Positions 34,280 through 52,608 of a DNA stretch of 64,000 nucleotides are shown here, one piece after another. Origin of the DNA: the human T2T-CHM13v2.0 reference genome, Homo sapiens; NCBI RefSeq assembly GCF_009914755.1, contig NC_060929.1; one strand, given 5' to 3'. Made by a program: the position numbers and the translations under genes. Under the pieces are notes generated by a model. The model had not been told where the DNA came from, ran no database searches, and saw nothing but the letters and a program-made list of their open reading frames with translations. Numbering within the stretch: the stretch's first letter is position 1; each line of letters begins with the position of its first letter.

Positions 34280-34987
34280 CAAAACTTTTGACATAGATAA
34301 CAGCATGACAAACCACAGTGACTAATTCTGAGTTAACATTATGAAATACTTCAGTGAGGCAAAGACAGATTAGAAAAATTTCCTTTTAAAAATATATACT
34401 ATTAATCTTACCAAGCTTCCTATATGATGTGATTTGCTGAAAGCCTGGAAAGTTCCTCTTTAAAGATGCCTCCCAAATGAGTGTTAGTAAACTGTTTTTA
34501 GAGCTTTTTAGAGGCCAGGTGTGGTGGCTCACACTTGGAATCCCAGCACTTAGGGAGGCCAAGGTGGAAGGATCACTTGAGTCCAGGAGTTTGAGAACAA
34601 CCTAGGCAACATAATGGGACCCTGTCTCTACAAAAAATAAAAAAAAAATTAGCTGGGCATGATGATGTATGCCTGTAGTCCCAGCTACTCAGGAGGCTGA
34701 GGTGATAGAATCACTGGAGCATGGGAGGTTGAAGCTGCAGTGAGCTGTTATTCTGCCACTGGCACTCTTGCCTGGATGGCAGAGTGAGACCCTGTCTCGG
34801 AAAAAAATAAAAATGAAAAGATGTTTGGAGTGAAACTTTTTCTAAGAAATCCTGTTAGGGTCCTGTTAGAAGCTACCTCAGAAACTGACATCACAGGGTT
34901 CTTTGAGCAGATTGATTTATTGTCATGAAGGTATGGCCACAGGTTCCCAGGAAGGTTTATTTTGGCCACTGGGAGTGGGGTGGCTAA

Positions 34988-35206
<219 letters not shown>

Positions 35207-36719
35207 TGACTAATTTTTTTGTATTTTTAGGAGAGATGGGGTTTCACCACGTTGGCCAGGCTGGTCTCGAACTCCTGACCTCAAGTGATCTGCCTGCCTT
35301 GGCCTCCCAAAGTGCTGGGATTATAGGCAAGACAATATCTTGAAGGCTTAGCTCTAACATTCTGTAAGTCTGATTTTTAAGGAAATCTAGGAAGATAGAT
35401 GAAATTTTTTTCTGGTTAATTAAGGAGCAAAAATGAAGCAGTCTTAGGAAAGCCAGGAAGGCTGTGGTATGTATTCACCACTGAGACGATAGTTCTTATG
35501 TCCCTGCCCTTGACTTGAAGCCCTGTTTTTTTTTTCCCTCACTTTAAAGTGTGAAGGTGTTAGGAAGTGTTTTCTTTCGACATTTACCTCCAGGCAAGGC
35601 CACTTGTAGCTGGAATAGGACAGGTCTATATTATGAGCTATGAAGTAAATGTTTCGCTGAGAGTTTCTGGGTGTGTTAGTTTTCGTTGGCAGTTAGATTT
35701 GTTTACTTAAGGTTTCAAGAGGCTTAAAAACAACAAACCCGACTCAAGGGAGACCAATGCCAGTAATATTAGAGTCCCAGTGAACTTTGGCCTCTCATCT
35801 GATTTTACTGTCATGAAGGTTTAATCAGTTCTAGTTGCTTTTGATAATTTGGCAAAAGATAGCTGTTGTAACTTATGGAGGTGATGATGATTAAGGTGAA
35901 AGAACTACTTAGCTTTTAAGAAGGTATTATTTTAATAAAATTCCTCCTTGAACCTCTGGAAATTTGATAGCCTGTGGGTTGTTGCATGTGGACTTCATTG
36001 TTTCTCTCTAGTAACAAGTATTTTCATTGTATGTAAAAGAATTGTCTGTTGAATAGCAGATATATGATTTTGCCCAAACTAATGTTTTATGTGATTCTTA
36101 ACCAGAGGCAAATTCCTCATTTCTTTTCCTCTGCCCTTCAGTTTTTTGAACTGAAATGCCTCAGAAAGCCTATTTAAAATAAATTATTTGGAGGTGGTTT
36201 AACCACAGATATTTTGCCTTTCTTTCTATTCTCCCCTCACCTGCCCAAGTTCATGTCGCGGAATTCAATACCACGTTCTCATTATTTCCTTAATTGATGG
36301 AACAGGCAGATGTAGCCTGTTACTCTCATTTCTGCCTGATTAGTTTCACCCTGATAATGTGGCCATCGCTGTGGAATTGTGTCATCCTGCATCTAAACTG
36401 TTCACAGTGGAGTAGATTAGGGAGTTTTCTTCCTTTTGGTCATGAGAAATTAATATCAAAACAATCTCTACTTAAAATAGTGGATGAGAATCTAGAATTA
36501 ACTACTTGCACTAAAGGAGAATTAAAATTTGGGTTTGATTGATTGCAAAGAGCTGAGACAGGTTACTCCCCATATAGCTAATAATGGCTGATTCGGGGGG
36601 AAAAGAAAAACTCATGTCTGTAATCCCAGTACTTGCGAGGCCAAGGAGGATCACTTGAGCCCAGGAGTTTAAGACCATCTGGGGCAACAAGGCAAGACCC
36701 TATCTCTACAAAAAATTTA

Positions 36720-36911
<192 letters not shown>

Positions 36912-37451
36912 CTACTCAATATTAGTTTAATCCCTCCCTACAGATTGGGGTCGGTCTAGAATTTTATTATGTTACTAAATCTTACTGACTTCCTTCTTGG
37001 ATTTTTAGCATCTTCAGGATTATAACACGCCTCCTGCCCTCCCACCTCTCAGAGCAGAGGGTAGTCAAAAGCTGTGCCTTCAGTGTTTAAAACAAGTTTT
37101 ATCCCTTTTGTATAATCTGTGAGAAAATTTAGAGTTTTATAATTCCCTGTCCCTGTTGGCTCAACACAGTGGTTTCTCTGCCCTTCTTAGGGCTTTTTTT
37201 CCCCCTTCCTTTTTCTGGATATCTTGTTCCTTGTAAAATAAACAGCTCATGTTTGCACGCTGCTTGGTTTTTAACCTGGTCTTTTATAGTCACTCAGATG
37301 GATACCAGTTTGTATTTTAAATGTTTTAAGATTTGTTTAATTAAACTTTGCAGGTCTTTGTTTTGTTCTGCCCTCAAATTTCAGATCTGATTTTTTTAAT
37401 TAAATATTTTATTTGGTTAAGTATGGATGATTTGGAAAATACAGTGAAGTG

Positions 37452-37682
37452 CAGTCATTCCTTGGTATACTCAGGTGGTTGGTTCCGGGACCCCCATGTA
37501 TACCCAAATCCATGCATATTCAAGTCCTGTAGTCGGTGGAACCCATGTGTATGAAAAATTGGCCCTCTGGATACCTGGGTTTTGCATTCCGCCAATACTG
37601 TTTTCCATCTATGTTTAGTTGAAAAAAATCCACGTATATGTGGACCCATGCAGTTCAAACCTGGTTGTTCAAGGGCCAACTG
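37452..37682 (-). mobile_element. MER8 (TcMar-Tigger) MITE
   Basis: cagtcattccttggtatac...ggacccatgcagttcaaacc...gttcaagggccaactg+TA. Confidence 0.8.
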
Positions 37683-37692
37683 TATAAAGTAA

Positions 37693-37998
<306 letters not shown>

Positions 37999-38001
37999 TA
38001 A

Positions 38002-38447
<446 letters not shown>

Positions 38448-40364
38448 TAGCTCTGTCACCTGTGTTGGAGTGCAGTGGTACAGTCATAGCTCACTGCAGC
38501 CTCAAACTTGTTAATATTTGTAAAATACTTAGTATAATACCTTGCACATGGTAAATAATGTAATGTTGTTACTTTTAATAATTTGGTGGGATTTTTGTTT
38601 TGAGATGGAGTCTCGCTCTGTCACCCAGGCTGGAGTGCAATGGCGCAATCTCAGCTCACTACAATCTCCACTTCCTGGATTCAAGTGATTCTCCTGCCTC
38701 AGCCTCCTGAGTAGCTGGGATTACAGGCACATGCCACCACGTCTAGCTAATTTTTGTACTTTTAGTAGAGATGGGGTTTCACCACGTTGGTCGAACTCCT
38801 GACCTCAGGCGATCCACCCGCGTCGGCCTCCCAAAGTGCTGGGATTACAGGCATGAGCCACCGTGCCTAGCCAATTTATTTTAAACCCAAAAATTGGTGT
38901 TATTTTAAAACCAAAAATAGGATCATAATGTACACGTTGTATGCAGTTTGCTTTTTTAAAAACTTTGTTTTGTGAACATCTTTCCAAGTCTGTCAGCACA
39001 TAGACCTAATTGCTCTTGGCAGCTGGGTGGTATTTCATAGTATGAGTATACGATGATTCATTCTCCTATTTATGGACATTTTAATTGTGTTCAGTTGTTT
39101 ACTATTACAGATAACGCTGCAGTGAACATTCTCTCACATGTCTTTATGCACTCTTGCTAGTGTTTGTGTAAGATAAATTTCTAGAACTAGTCATTGAGTG
39201 TGCACACTTAAAATTTTACTAGGTTAGCTGGGCATGGTAGCTCGACTCTAGTCCCAGCTACTCGGGAGGATGAGACAGAAGGATCTCTTGAGCTCAAGAG
39301 TTGAGGCTGCAGTGAGCTATGGTTGTGTCACTGTACTCCAGCTTAGGCAATAGAGCAAGACCCCTATCTCTTGAAAAAAAGCATTTTACAAGGGATTACC
39401 AAGTTGCATTGTTTTTGAAAGCTCTGCAGATTCTACTAACCCTGATGGTATATGAAATTGCTCAGTTCCCAACATTTTTTTCTGTTCTGGTTATTATCTG
39501 TCATTAATTTTTGTTAATCCAGTAAGTAAAAATAAAGTTTCATTTTCAAAATTTGGTGATTAAGCATATGCTTATTTCCTATTCTTCATCACTTGACATC
39601 TTCATAGCATGGCTTAGTTTTCCGTGATTGTTCGTTCTTTCCTGACTAGAGTTTTTTATATTATGGATATTAATATTTTGTCTTATTGATGATAACTTCT
39701 CCCACATTATTGTGGTCTTTCATCTTTGTCTACAGTGTTTTTTTGTTTGTTTTAAGAGAGAGGGTCTCACTATGTTACCCAGGCTCGTTTTGAACTCCTG
39801 GCCTCAAGTGATCCTTGTGCCTTGGCCTCCCAAAGTGTTGGGATTGTAGGCATTTGCCACCATGCCCAGACTTCTTATTTTTTTATGTACTTATATTTCC
39901 TGTCTCTTTATGGCCTCTACATATCTTTGTTCCTAGAGAGTTTTACACCCCCTTCAAGGTTTAAATAATACCCTCCTGTAGTTTCGTTGGTATTTTAAAG
40001 TTTTATTTTTTTTACCCCATGTGTACTAAATGTGTGCAGAGGGTTGAGTTAAACATATGTCAGTCCTTGGTACATTTTAACATCCTTGATTGGTGTAATG
40101 TTCCTCTCTCATATTTCTTGTTTTTATTTTCGCCCAACCTAGACCTTTAAGATCACCAGAAGCTTTAGACCACCAGAAACATATTTTTTTAAACAGCTTT
40201 ATTGAGGTACAATTTATATACCATACATTGTCATCACCCATTAAAAATTTACAGTGATTTTTAGCAAACTTAGAAGTGTCGTGCACCCAATCCAGTTTTT
40301 GTGTTTTTGTTTTTGTTTTTAACATCCAGGATATACACTGGACCACCCCCCTTGTTTTTTAAGA

Positions 40365-40885
40365 TAAATGTTTCATTTTAGAATAGTTTTATTAATAGAT
40401 TTACAGAAAAGTTGCAATTATAGTATGATGGATTTCTGTATACCACGGCACTCAGTTTTCCCTTTTATTTTTTTTTTTCTTGAGGCAAGGTCTCACTCTG
40501 TTGCCCAGGCTGGAGTGCAATGGCGCAATCATAGCTTACTACAGCCTTGACTGCTGGGCTCAAGCAGTCCTCCCACCTCAGCCTCCCAAGTAGCTGGGAC
40601 TACAGACATGTGCCGCTATGCCTGGCTGACTTTTTTTTTTTTTTTTTTTTTTTTTAAAGTAGAGACAGAGTTCGCTATGTCGCCCAGGCTATTCTTGAAC
40701 TCCTGAACTCATGCAGTTCTCCTGCCTTGGCCTCCCAAACTGCTGGGATTACAGGTGTGAGCCACTACCCACAGTGCAGCTAGTTGTCCCTATTGTTAAC
40801 ATCCTACATTAGTGTGGTGCATTTGTCACCACTAATGGACCAATATTGATATTTACTATTTACCAAATGTCATAACTTTATTCAT
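40365..40885 (-). mobile_element. L1MC-like 3' fragment interrupted by an AluJ
   Basis: agatttacagaaaagttgca...cctattgttaacatcctacattagtgtggtgcatttgtcac. Confidence 0.65.
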
Positions 40886-41293
40886 ATTGAGATGCTTGTT
40901 TTTTATTATAGTATGAGATAAACACTAACTTAATTTTGTTCCCAAATGGTCAACTTGAATAATACTGAAATTGTGTTTTCTGAAATTTTACAATTTTTGG
41001 TGAAAGTTGAGTCTTTTGATTATTCTTCCTTTTTTGAACACATTTTGGCCAGCATAATTGTGTAAAAGGGGGCTATTAAGCCATTTTCTAACAGTATATG
41101 ATAATATTTTTAGAGAATAGACAAAATTGATGTTTACGTTAAATTTGGTTTTATATTAACAGAAAGCATTTTCATCCACATGCCTGGGGTCACATATGGG
41201 TGACAAAGCCAGGATTAGAACCCTAACTGAGCATTTCCATGCCAGTAGATTCTTAGGAAAAACCTTAATGATTACCTTTTTTTTTTTTTTTAA

Positions 41294-41521
<228 letters not shown>

Positions 41522-42460
41522 TGATCCACCCGCCTCAGCCTCCCAAAGTGCTGGGGTTACAGGTGTAAGCCACCGTGCCCGGCCAATGATTACCTTTTTA
41601 AAAACTGGACTTTAAGGCTGAGCACAGTGGCTGACACTTGTAATCCCAGCACTTTGGGAGACCAAGGTGCGTAGATCAGTTGAGGTCAGGAGTTTGAGAC
41701 CATCCTGGCCAACATGGTGAAACCCTGTCTCTACTGAAAATACAAAAATTAGCTGGGCCTGGTGGCGCATGCCTGTAGTCCCAGCTACTCTGGAGGCTGA
41801 GGTGGGAAATCACCTGAACCTGGGAGGTGGAGGTTGCAGTGAGCCGAGATGTGCCACTGCACTTCAGGCTGGGTGACAAAGTGAGACTCTGTCTCTAAAA
41901 ACAAAAACTGGACTTCAGGTGCACAGAAATAGATTAATTCAATTCTTAGTTTATGACATTATCACCTTTAGTCCATGCATAGCATTCCTGGTACATTTAT
42001 TGTTTCATAATGAACACCTGCAGATCTACCATCCCACCTAATAATTACAATACATTACTAAGTTACATTATACATTTTTTACTCTCTCATCTACTTGCTT
42101 CTACCTGCCCCCAGAGGTAGCCTATCTAGAATTTTGAGTTTATTATAATTTGCTTTTTAAGTTTTTACCTGCATACATGTATAACTTAGCAACATGATTT
42201 TGTTTTGGGTGTTTTTTAACTTTGTAGAAGGTGTACCTGCATGTAGTGTCTTGGCATTTGCCTTTTTACTCAGAGTTAGGTTATAGATTAATACATGTTG
42301 ATGGAGTTGAAGTCCATCTGATGTCGCCATTGTCTGGTCCTCTATTTTATCACATTTCACAGCAGTTTATCCAGTTTCCTTTTAATGGGGTTTTGGATTA
42401 TTAAGACCATTACAACTGCCATGAACATTTTTATTTTTTATTTATTTATTTTTAAGATAG

Positions 42461-42730
<270 letters not shown>

Positions 42731-42835
42731 TGAATCCCGCCTGGCCCCATGAACATTTTTAAATCACCTATACTTGTGAACATTTCTCTTGGCTATGTAC
42801 CTAAGAGTGGAACTTCTGGGATGCAGCGTTTGTGA

Positions 42836-43033
<198 letters not shown>

Positions 43034-43836
43034 TAGTCTAGACGGGGTTTTGCCATGTTAGCCAGGATGGTCTCGATCTCCTGACCTCATGATCCGCCCG
43101 CCTCAGCCTCCCAAAGTGCTGGGATTACAGGCGTGAGCCACCGTGCCTGGCCTGTGAGTGTACATTTCTATAAGACAATGTCAAATTATTTTTCATATAT
43201 AATCTAAACCAGCAACTCTTGGTGGTGTTAGACTTTATAATATTTTCCAGTCAAACGTGTAAAAGTGTATCAGTGTTGTCTTGGTTTATATTTCTTCTGA
43301 ACATGTCATGTTTATTGGCCTAATGTGTTTTCTCTTCTACTTTTTACCTTTTGGCAATTGCTGAGGTGGCAAAACTCAACCAGTTTCTCTGATACTCTTG
43401 ATTTTTATAAGAGTTTTTATGGGGTAAAGGTCAACTTTTTATGAGGCATAGTCCTGAGGAAGTATAGTCTATTGCGTGATCATTAGTGTCCTTTTCACAA
43501 ATGACTAACCCTTTATAGATATGACAAGCCAAAGTGCCTTCTCTCCTTTAGGGAAAGATGTGTTCCTTCCCTTTTCCATTGTGTTGATGGTATGATAGAG
43601 GTCCTTCTCAGGGCTGAGAATCAACTAATGTTTCCACTGTGATAAAAGTAGGTACCCTCAGCTGTTCTCATGCCGAGTGAACCTTCTCACCGTTTTTCTA
43701 GGTTATTTTATGACACCTGGACCAGAAAACCAGGCACTGTCAGGTTTGAGCATCACTGTAGGCAAAAGAGACCCTTAACTTGTAGGTCTTTACGAGGTAC
43801 AGTGGTCTGCAACATAGAAGAGAATTGTGTCTACGT

Positions 43837-44001
43837 CAGTAGTTCTCAAACTTTTGCAGGCAACAGAATCACCTGGAGGGCTCATTGAAACAGCCCACTC
43901 ACTCCCACCCTGGAGTTTATGATGTGTGCGCTAGGCCTGGCTGGGGCCTAGGTCGGTAATATTAATGTAGCTGGTCTGGAGACCATATTTCGAGAACCAC
44001 T
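43837..44001. mobile_element. MER5A-type hAT element
   Basis: cagtagttctcaaac...agaatcacctggagggct...tttcgagaaccact terminal inverted repeats. Confidence 0.7.
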
Positions 44002-44358
44002 ATTTTATAGATTCAAGCTGCAACCATTAAACTGTAAGCAAGTTATCATTACATCATGGCATACTTGGAAAATGGTGACTTAGTACAAAATACTGGAGTA
44101 AACTGAGGGGGATCTGGAACTGCAGATGATTGGCTCACAGGCTGGGCGACCAAAGACATCCTGGCACACCTGTTGAAAAACTCTGGCATGAGGTACAGGT
44201 ATATTTAACAGTCTTCACAGGGATTTTTGTTTAAGTAAGGGGCCTTGAATGAGATCATTGGTAAGCCTCACTGAGTACAAGGTTTTTCTACCTCATCCCC
44301 TTCCAGAGCTCTAATAACTTATTGACTCTCAGGGAATTTCAGAATTTACCTTTGGTGG

Positions 44359-45670
<1,312 letters not shown>

Positions 45671-46369
45671 TTGGTCTATATTATTACTGTTTCTTTGGAC
45701 AGCGTGCAGTTGGGTAGGGGCAATTTGTTTTCTAAATCCTAAATGCCATCTGAGCAAGGTAAAATAACCAGACATGTTCAAACCTGGTCCACGATCTCAT
45801 TATTTGTGGGATTAGTAGATGTGGGACCGTCTGCCTTCAAGTGACCAAAGGTGGAGAAAAGTCTAAGAGAACTTTCCAGTCGATTTTGAAGCTTTTATTT
45901 GGGGGAGTATCTGAGGGTGTAAAATATCAAAAAACAGGAAAAACGAGTTAGACCACTTACTGTTGAGAACCTGTAGTACAAGGGCATAGGGCTGAGGAGG
46001 GTGGAATGGGCAGGTTGTAAACCTGGAGATGATCCTTAAGATTAAGATGCTCCTCCCTCTGATGCCTGAGGTATATCTCCACTTTAATCACCAAGCTGGG
46101 AAAATCCTACTCTTTCCTTTTTGAGAGAGGTGTTCCTAAACGCTGACCTAAACAAAGGCACATGGTGACTGAAACATACTCATAATAATTTTGCATCAAT
46201 AGCTGCTCTTACAAAGTTAAACTAATAGGCAAATAAAGCTCTTCAAAATGGGGAGGAGTTTAAGACAATGAGAATGGTCTCCTTTGTTACAAAGACCAGT
46301 CAAAATACCCATCCAAGATGGGTACTTCAAGCCATGTTTGAATTCTTGAGGTGGCAGTTTTTTATGCCA

Positions 46370-46570
46370 GAAAGAGCTGAGCTTTGGAGCTAGATGGACC
46401 AGGGTTCAAATCTCCCCTCTGCTACTTTACCTTCTCTGTGACTTTGAGCAAGTTAATTTAACTGTAGAAACTCAATTTCCTCATCTGAAAATAGAGATAA
46501 TTGTATCTCCTTGGGTGGCGGTGAGAATAAACGAAGTCGGGTTTGCCTGGCACATGCTGAATACTCAACA
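46370..46570. mobile_element. MIR element
   Basis: gggttcaaatctcccctctgctact...tgtgactttgagcaagtta...ctcaatttcctcatctgaaaatagagataat core. Confidence 0.75.
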
Positions 46571-47287
46571 GGTGAACTTCCCTTTCCTTCTTAGAGGTAG
46601 ATGGCTTTTGCACATTGCTAGACCACATGGGTGCAGGTCTAGCCTGACTCTCTCCCATGTGTGAACTAGGGATGAAATTAGGGCGAGGAGAAAAATGAGG
46701 ATTAGCTATAATTGCATATAATTTGCATATATTTTGCTTTTACTAACTCCAAATGAAATATGAAATTGATCTAAGTGGGGATAAGTGTTTTCCCCGATCT
46801 TTGTTTTGGAGGAGAGGAGATTTTCTTTCAAAGTGACCTAGAACATTCCTTCTTGACCTTTTTATTCCTTCTCTGACTTCAGGGAGTCAGGGTGGGGAAG
46901 GTGGGACCAACATGATGGTGTAGACCCATCTTACTCTCAGGTGAGGAAGAATCACGGTAGGTATTTGGAGAAGAGCACCTGAGCTGCTCTAAAGGAGAGC
47001 TGCCCTGTTTGTTTTCCTGTTGGCATCCCACAGGGGTTTAGGATGTTTTCATTAACTCTCCAAGGAGTGTTAGATGTTGTTTGTCACAAAGAATTTTTTC
47101 ACAAGTGACATAATCAGAACACTTCTAATGAGTACAATTAAGCTTTGAATAAAAATTTATCCTCATAATTACCTCTTGTGAAGATCTTTTAAAATAATAT
47201 TTCATTTTGCTATTTCGGAAATAAATTCTTTCTTGATTGGAATAAGAATCTTAATAAAATTTCCCTGCATATTCCCTAAATTAATAA

Positions 47288-47488
<201 letters not shown>

Positions 47489-48371
47489 TAGCTGGGATTA
47501 CGGGCGTGCGTCACCATGCCTGGCTAATTTTTGTATTTTTAGTAGAGATGGGGTTTCACCTTGTTTGCCAGGCTGGTCTCGAACTCCCGACTTCAGGTGA
47601 TCCCTCCTGCCTCAGCCTCCCAAAGTGCTGGGATTACAGGCATGAGCTACCGCACCTGGCCTAGAGAAATCTTTGATTTGTGTTTTCATCCTGCTTTCTT
47701 CTGTCCTTAATTTCTTAGAGATATCCTCAAGTTACTTAAGGGAAAATTGTTACAAAGACACTTTGCTGTTTAGAATTATGCCTAGCTGGTTTTCTCAAGT
47801 ACTCATTCTTTAAAAGTGAGATGTAGTGGTGTGACCCTGTAGTCCCAGCTACTCGGGAGGCTAGGGTAGGAGGATTGCATGAGTCCAGGAGTTCAAGTCC
47901 AGCTTGGGCAACATAGCAAGGCCTCATCTCTTAAGAAAAAAAAATCTTACTGTGAAAATTAAAATATTTTTATTTTCCTTTTTAAGAGAACTTTAACTAC
48001 ATCATTGAGTTTTATGAGCTGACTGGGGCATTCTGTCAGTAATAACAGTGAAATTCAGAAGTCATTTCTCTCATAATAGGAAATACAGGTTGGGGACTCC
48101 TTGTAGAAATGAGCACCTGTTCACTTTGTATTGCCCCCTCCAACCCCCTTCTACTTTCCTACTGTCCTTCAAAAGCCGCAGATACTGGGTTTATACTTAC
48201 TTGGCATTGGTACCATTAAGTGGGTTAGAGGAAAAAATATTTTAGCCTTTTTTCAGGAAAATTGCAGTGTAAAGAGGAAAAAAAATGATCGTACTCCTTG
48301 TTTTTCAAATATATTTTGCCTTTGCCTCTAGACTGTTGGAGTCTGGCATCAGCTGGCTCAGGATTTAAAAA

Positions 48372-48475
48372 AAAAAATGGAATGTTTCATGAATTTGGGT
48401 GCTGTTCTTGCCCAAAGGCCATGCTAATCTTTCCTGTATTGTTCAACTTTATATATGTGCTGCTGAAGGGAGCAC
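48372..48475 (-). pseudogene. U6 snRNA pseudogene (full-length, diverged)
   Basis: Reverse complement reads GTGCTCCCTTCAGCAGCACATATAT...GATTAGCATGGCC...CAAATTCATGAAACATTCCATTTTT, colinear with U6; the ACAGAGA box is mutated. Confidence 0.92.
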
Positions 48476-49978
48476 TGCCTTGGAATTTATTATGCATGTG
48501 TATAGAAAAGGTTTAATCAGAGATCTTTGCTGAAGGGTGGAGTCAGTGGTCAAGCTAGTCCAGTTCTGCTGATGCTAAGAGAGAAAGGTCAGCTCAGTGT
48601 GCCTCATTGATAAAATACTTGGGTATACAGTGTAGAAATAGAACAGTTATCAATGAGGTAAACTTTATGCAGCAAACTTGGGGCTCCCGATTTGTGCCAG
48701 ACACTGTGTGGTCCTTTGGAGACTCGAAGAGGAAAGCAGGAAACTGCCCGCCCTTGCATTTTCTACATCTAGGTTCTTGGGAAAGTTGTCTAACTGCCTG
48801 AGCCACAGCTTCCTCATTTCTGGAAAAGGAACGATATTTGCCTGTAAATCCATGCCTACAAAATGATCTGTCACTTCAATATTTGGCTAATTGTAAGCAG
48901 TCAGATAGTGGTGGCTTAAGCCCAGTCCGCTGCCTACTGAAGTGAGATAGGTGAGCAAGCCATTGTTCGGCAGTGCATAAGCGATTTGGTGGGAGGTTTG
49001 TATGCACAGGTGTAGGGAGATAGCACAGGTTGGTGCCTCATCCAGGAGGGGCTTGTATGAGGAGGAGGTGGTGGCACATGAGCCAAGAATTGAAACCCAA
49101 TTAAGGAATAGCTGGCAAAAGGGGAAGGGCATTTTAGCCAGTAAGAAATCTCTGAAAAGATACACAGACTCTGCTAAAGCTCACGCTGTGAGGAGGAGGT
49201 GGGACCTAGAGAAGTATAAAATGGGTTTTTAAGCAAAGGAAGGATTTTTAAATTCTGATAAGGTATTGGATTAAGAATAGGCTTTGGTTTGGTGAAGCAT
49301 TTGCCTGTGAAGCTTGGCAACTTCTGTTGTAAACTTTTGTTGTAAGGAATTCTGTGGGAACCAAGAGTGCTTCCCTCCCTTCCCTCCTGTGGTGGGGTCT
49401 GAGCACACTCCGTGGCAACCCACCCACTGGTTTCGCAGTTGCTGCCAAATTCCACTTTCAGAGGGAAATGATTCTATTCCTTTCTGTCTCTGAATGTTAA
49501 ACAATCAAGAATACCCCTATGTACTTTGAGGGGTAGGTAAATATCTTTCTGTATGTGATACTGCCTGGATACGTCAGGAGAGTGCATCTCATGTTTTAAT
49601 GTAATGCTACTAAGAATGGGAAACTTAAGATGTAAGGAATATGTATTGCAGAAGATACACTGCATTGAAGCTGAACCTAATTGTAAGGCTTTATAATAGC
49701 AAAATAATCCAAATAAAGGTCTTCTGCCACCTCCAAATTCTTGTAAAAATTATTTGATCAGATCAAGTGGCCTTAATTCCAAAATCCAGCATCTTTTGAA
49801 TTTTTACTGTGTTTAAAGGCACTGTAGTAAATGTGATACCTTGTCACCTCATTTAATCATCAAAATAACTTTATGTACTAGGTAGTTTTCTCCTTTTTTT
49901 TTTCTTTTTTTCTTTTTCAGATGAAAACTAAGGCTTTATAGAATTTGTGGTTGGCAGACCTGGGGTGAGCCCAGATAA

Positions 49979-50163
<185 letters not shown>

Positions 50164-50358
50164 TGATCCTATCACAAAGCTAGAGCGGTTCTACCCTTTT
50201 GAATAGCAGCTCTTTTTCACAGAAATGTCTGTAGATTTATTTTGATTTTTTTCCCACACTTTATTTCTATTCCTTTGCCTTAAAACAACTAAATGATTCA
50301 TCTAGGATTAGCACTTGTTTGAGGTCTTTGGTTTTTTTCCAATTTTTTTTCTCAATTA

Positions 50359-50946
<588 letters not shown>

Positions 50947-50992
50947 TTATGTTTAAATTTTTTATCCCAAAGGTTCTGTGGTAAGCCTTCCA

Positions 50993-51665
<673 letters not shown>

Positions 51666-52462
51666 TGATCCACCCGCCTCAGCCTCCCCAAGTGCTGGGA
51701 TTACAGGCGTGAGCCACCGCGCCCGGCCTATTAAGGCATAATTTCTAATGCATGTTACTTTTGTAGGATGAATTCACTTACACATCAGAATGAAATAAGG
51801 AAAGTGAAAAGGGAAGGCACTGATGTTGTGTGATATATTGTGTAGGTTATTAGTAATAGAGCCATAGAGAACGTACATTAAGGGAGAATAAACAAATCTC
51901 TTATTAAAAGAGTAGAAGTCAGCTTGAACTTCTTAATTTCTTCTGTGGTTTTAACATTCCACGTTGAGAGGTGAATGGATTAAGAACTACCAGTGTGCTT
52001 TGTTCTAGATTAGTGCTTTTCCAAGTGTGGTGCACAGACAGCAACATAGCATTACCTGAGAGCTTGTTAGAAATGAAAATTCTCCTAACCGAGACCTGGC
52101 TTAGGTTAAATGAGAGTGGTCTTTCTAATGTGGGCGTGAGATAATGAGACCAGTCTTCCTAATATGGAGGTGGAAAATTGCCATAGATAATTATGAAACC
52201 TAATCACATTAGGATGAGAACTAGGTGATCAGATTTTTCTTCTTGGTAATATACTTGTTTAAACTAGCAGTAGCACTGTTTATATGTCTATTACAATGTG
52301 GATTTAACTATTAACCTGTAATGATTGCCTTTTTATTATTAGTGTTAATAGTATTTAATGGGCCACATAAATATTAGATAATGTATATAAGATAATTTTC
52401 TTCAGTGTCTTCCCCCTTTTCATTACAAGATAAATAATAACTATCTCTTGGGGTTTTTTAAG

Positions 52463-52608
52463 GTTAAAAATGTGTCTGCAGGCACACAGGACGTGCCTTC
52501 ACCCCCATCTGACTATGTGGAAAGAGTTGACAGTCCCATGGCATACTCTTCCAATGGCAAAGTGAATGACAAGCGGTTTTATCCAGAGTCTTCCTATAAA
52601 TCCACGCC
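52463..52608 (+). CDS. OCLN: Occludin exon 5 (146 nt): [48 protein letters not shown](P)
   Basis: Acceptor ttttttaag|GTT, donor CC|gtaagt; frame continuous with exons 4 and 6. Confidence 0.97.

Noticed and set aside
32354-34311. Repetitive ORFs (MRSPSARPAAPSGREVGG...) and an array-like repeat
   Set aside because: Translation of the SVA VNTR and SINE-R; tandem units without unique spacers, so neither a gene nor a CRISPR array.
48372-48475. U6 copy as a functional snRNA gene
   Set aside because: Many substitutions including the ACAGAGA box, and no clear PSE/TATA arrangement upstream.
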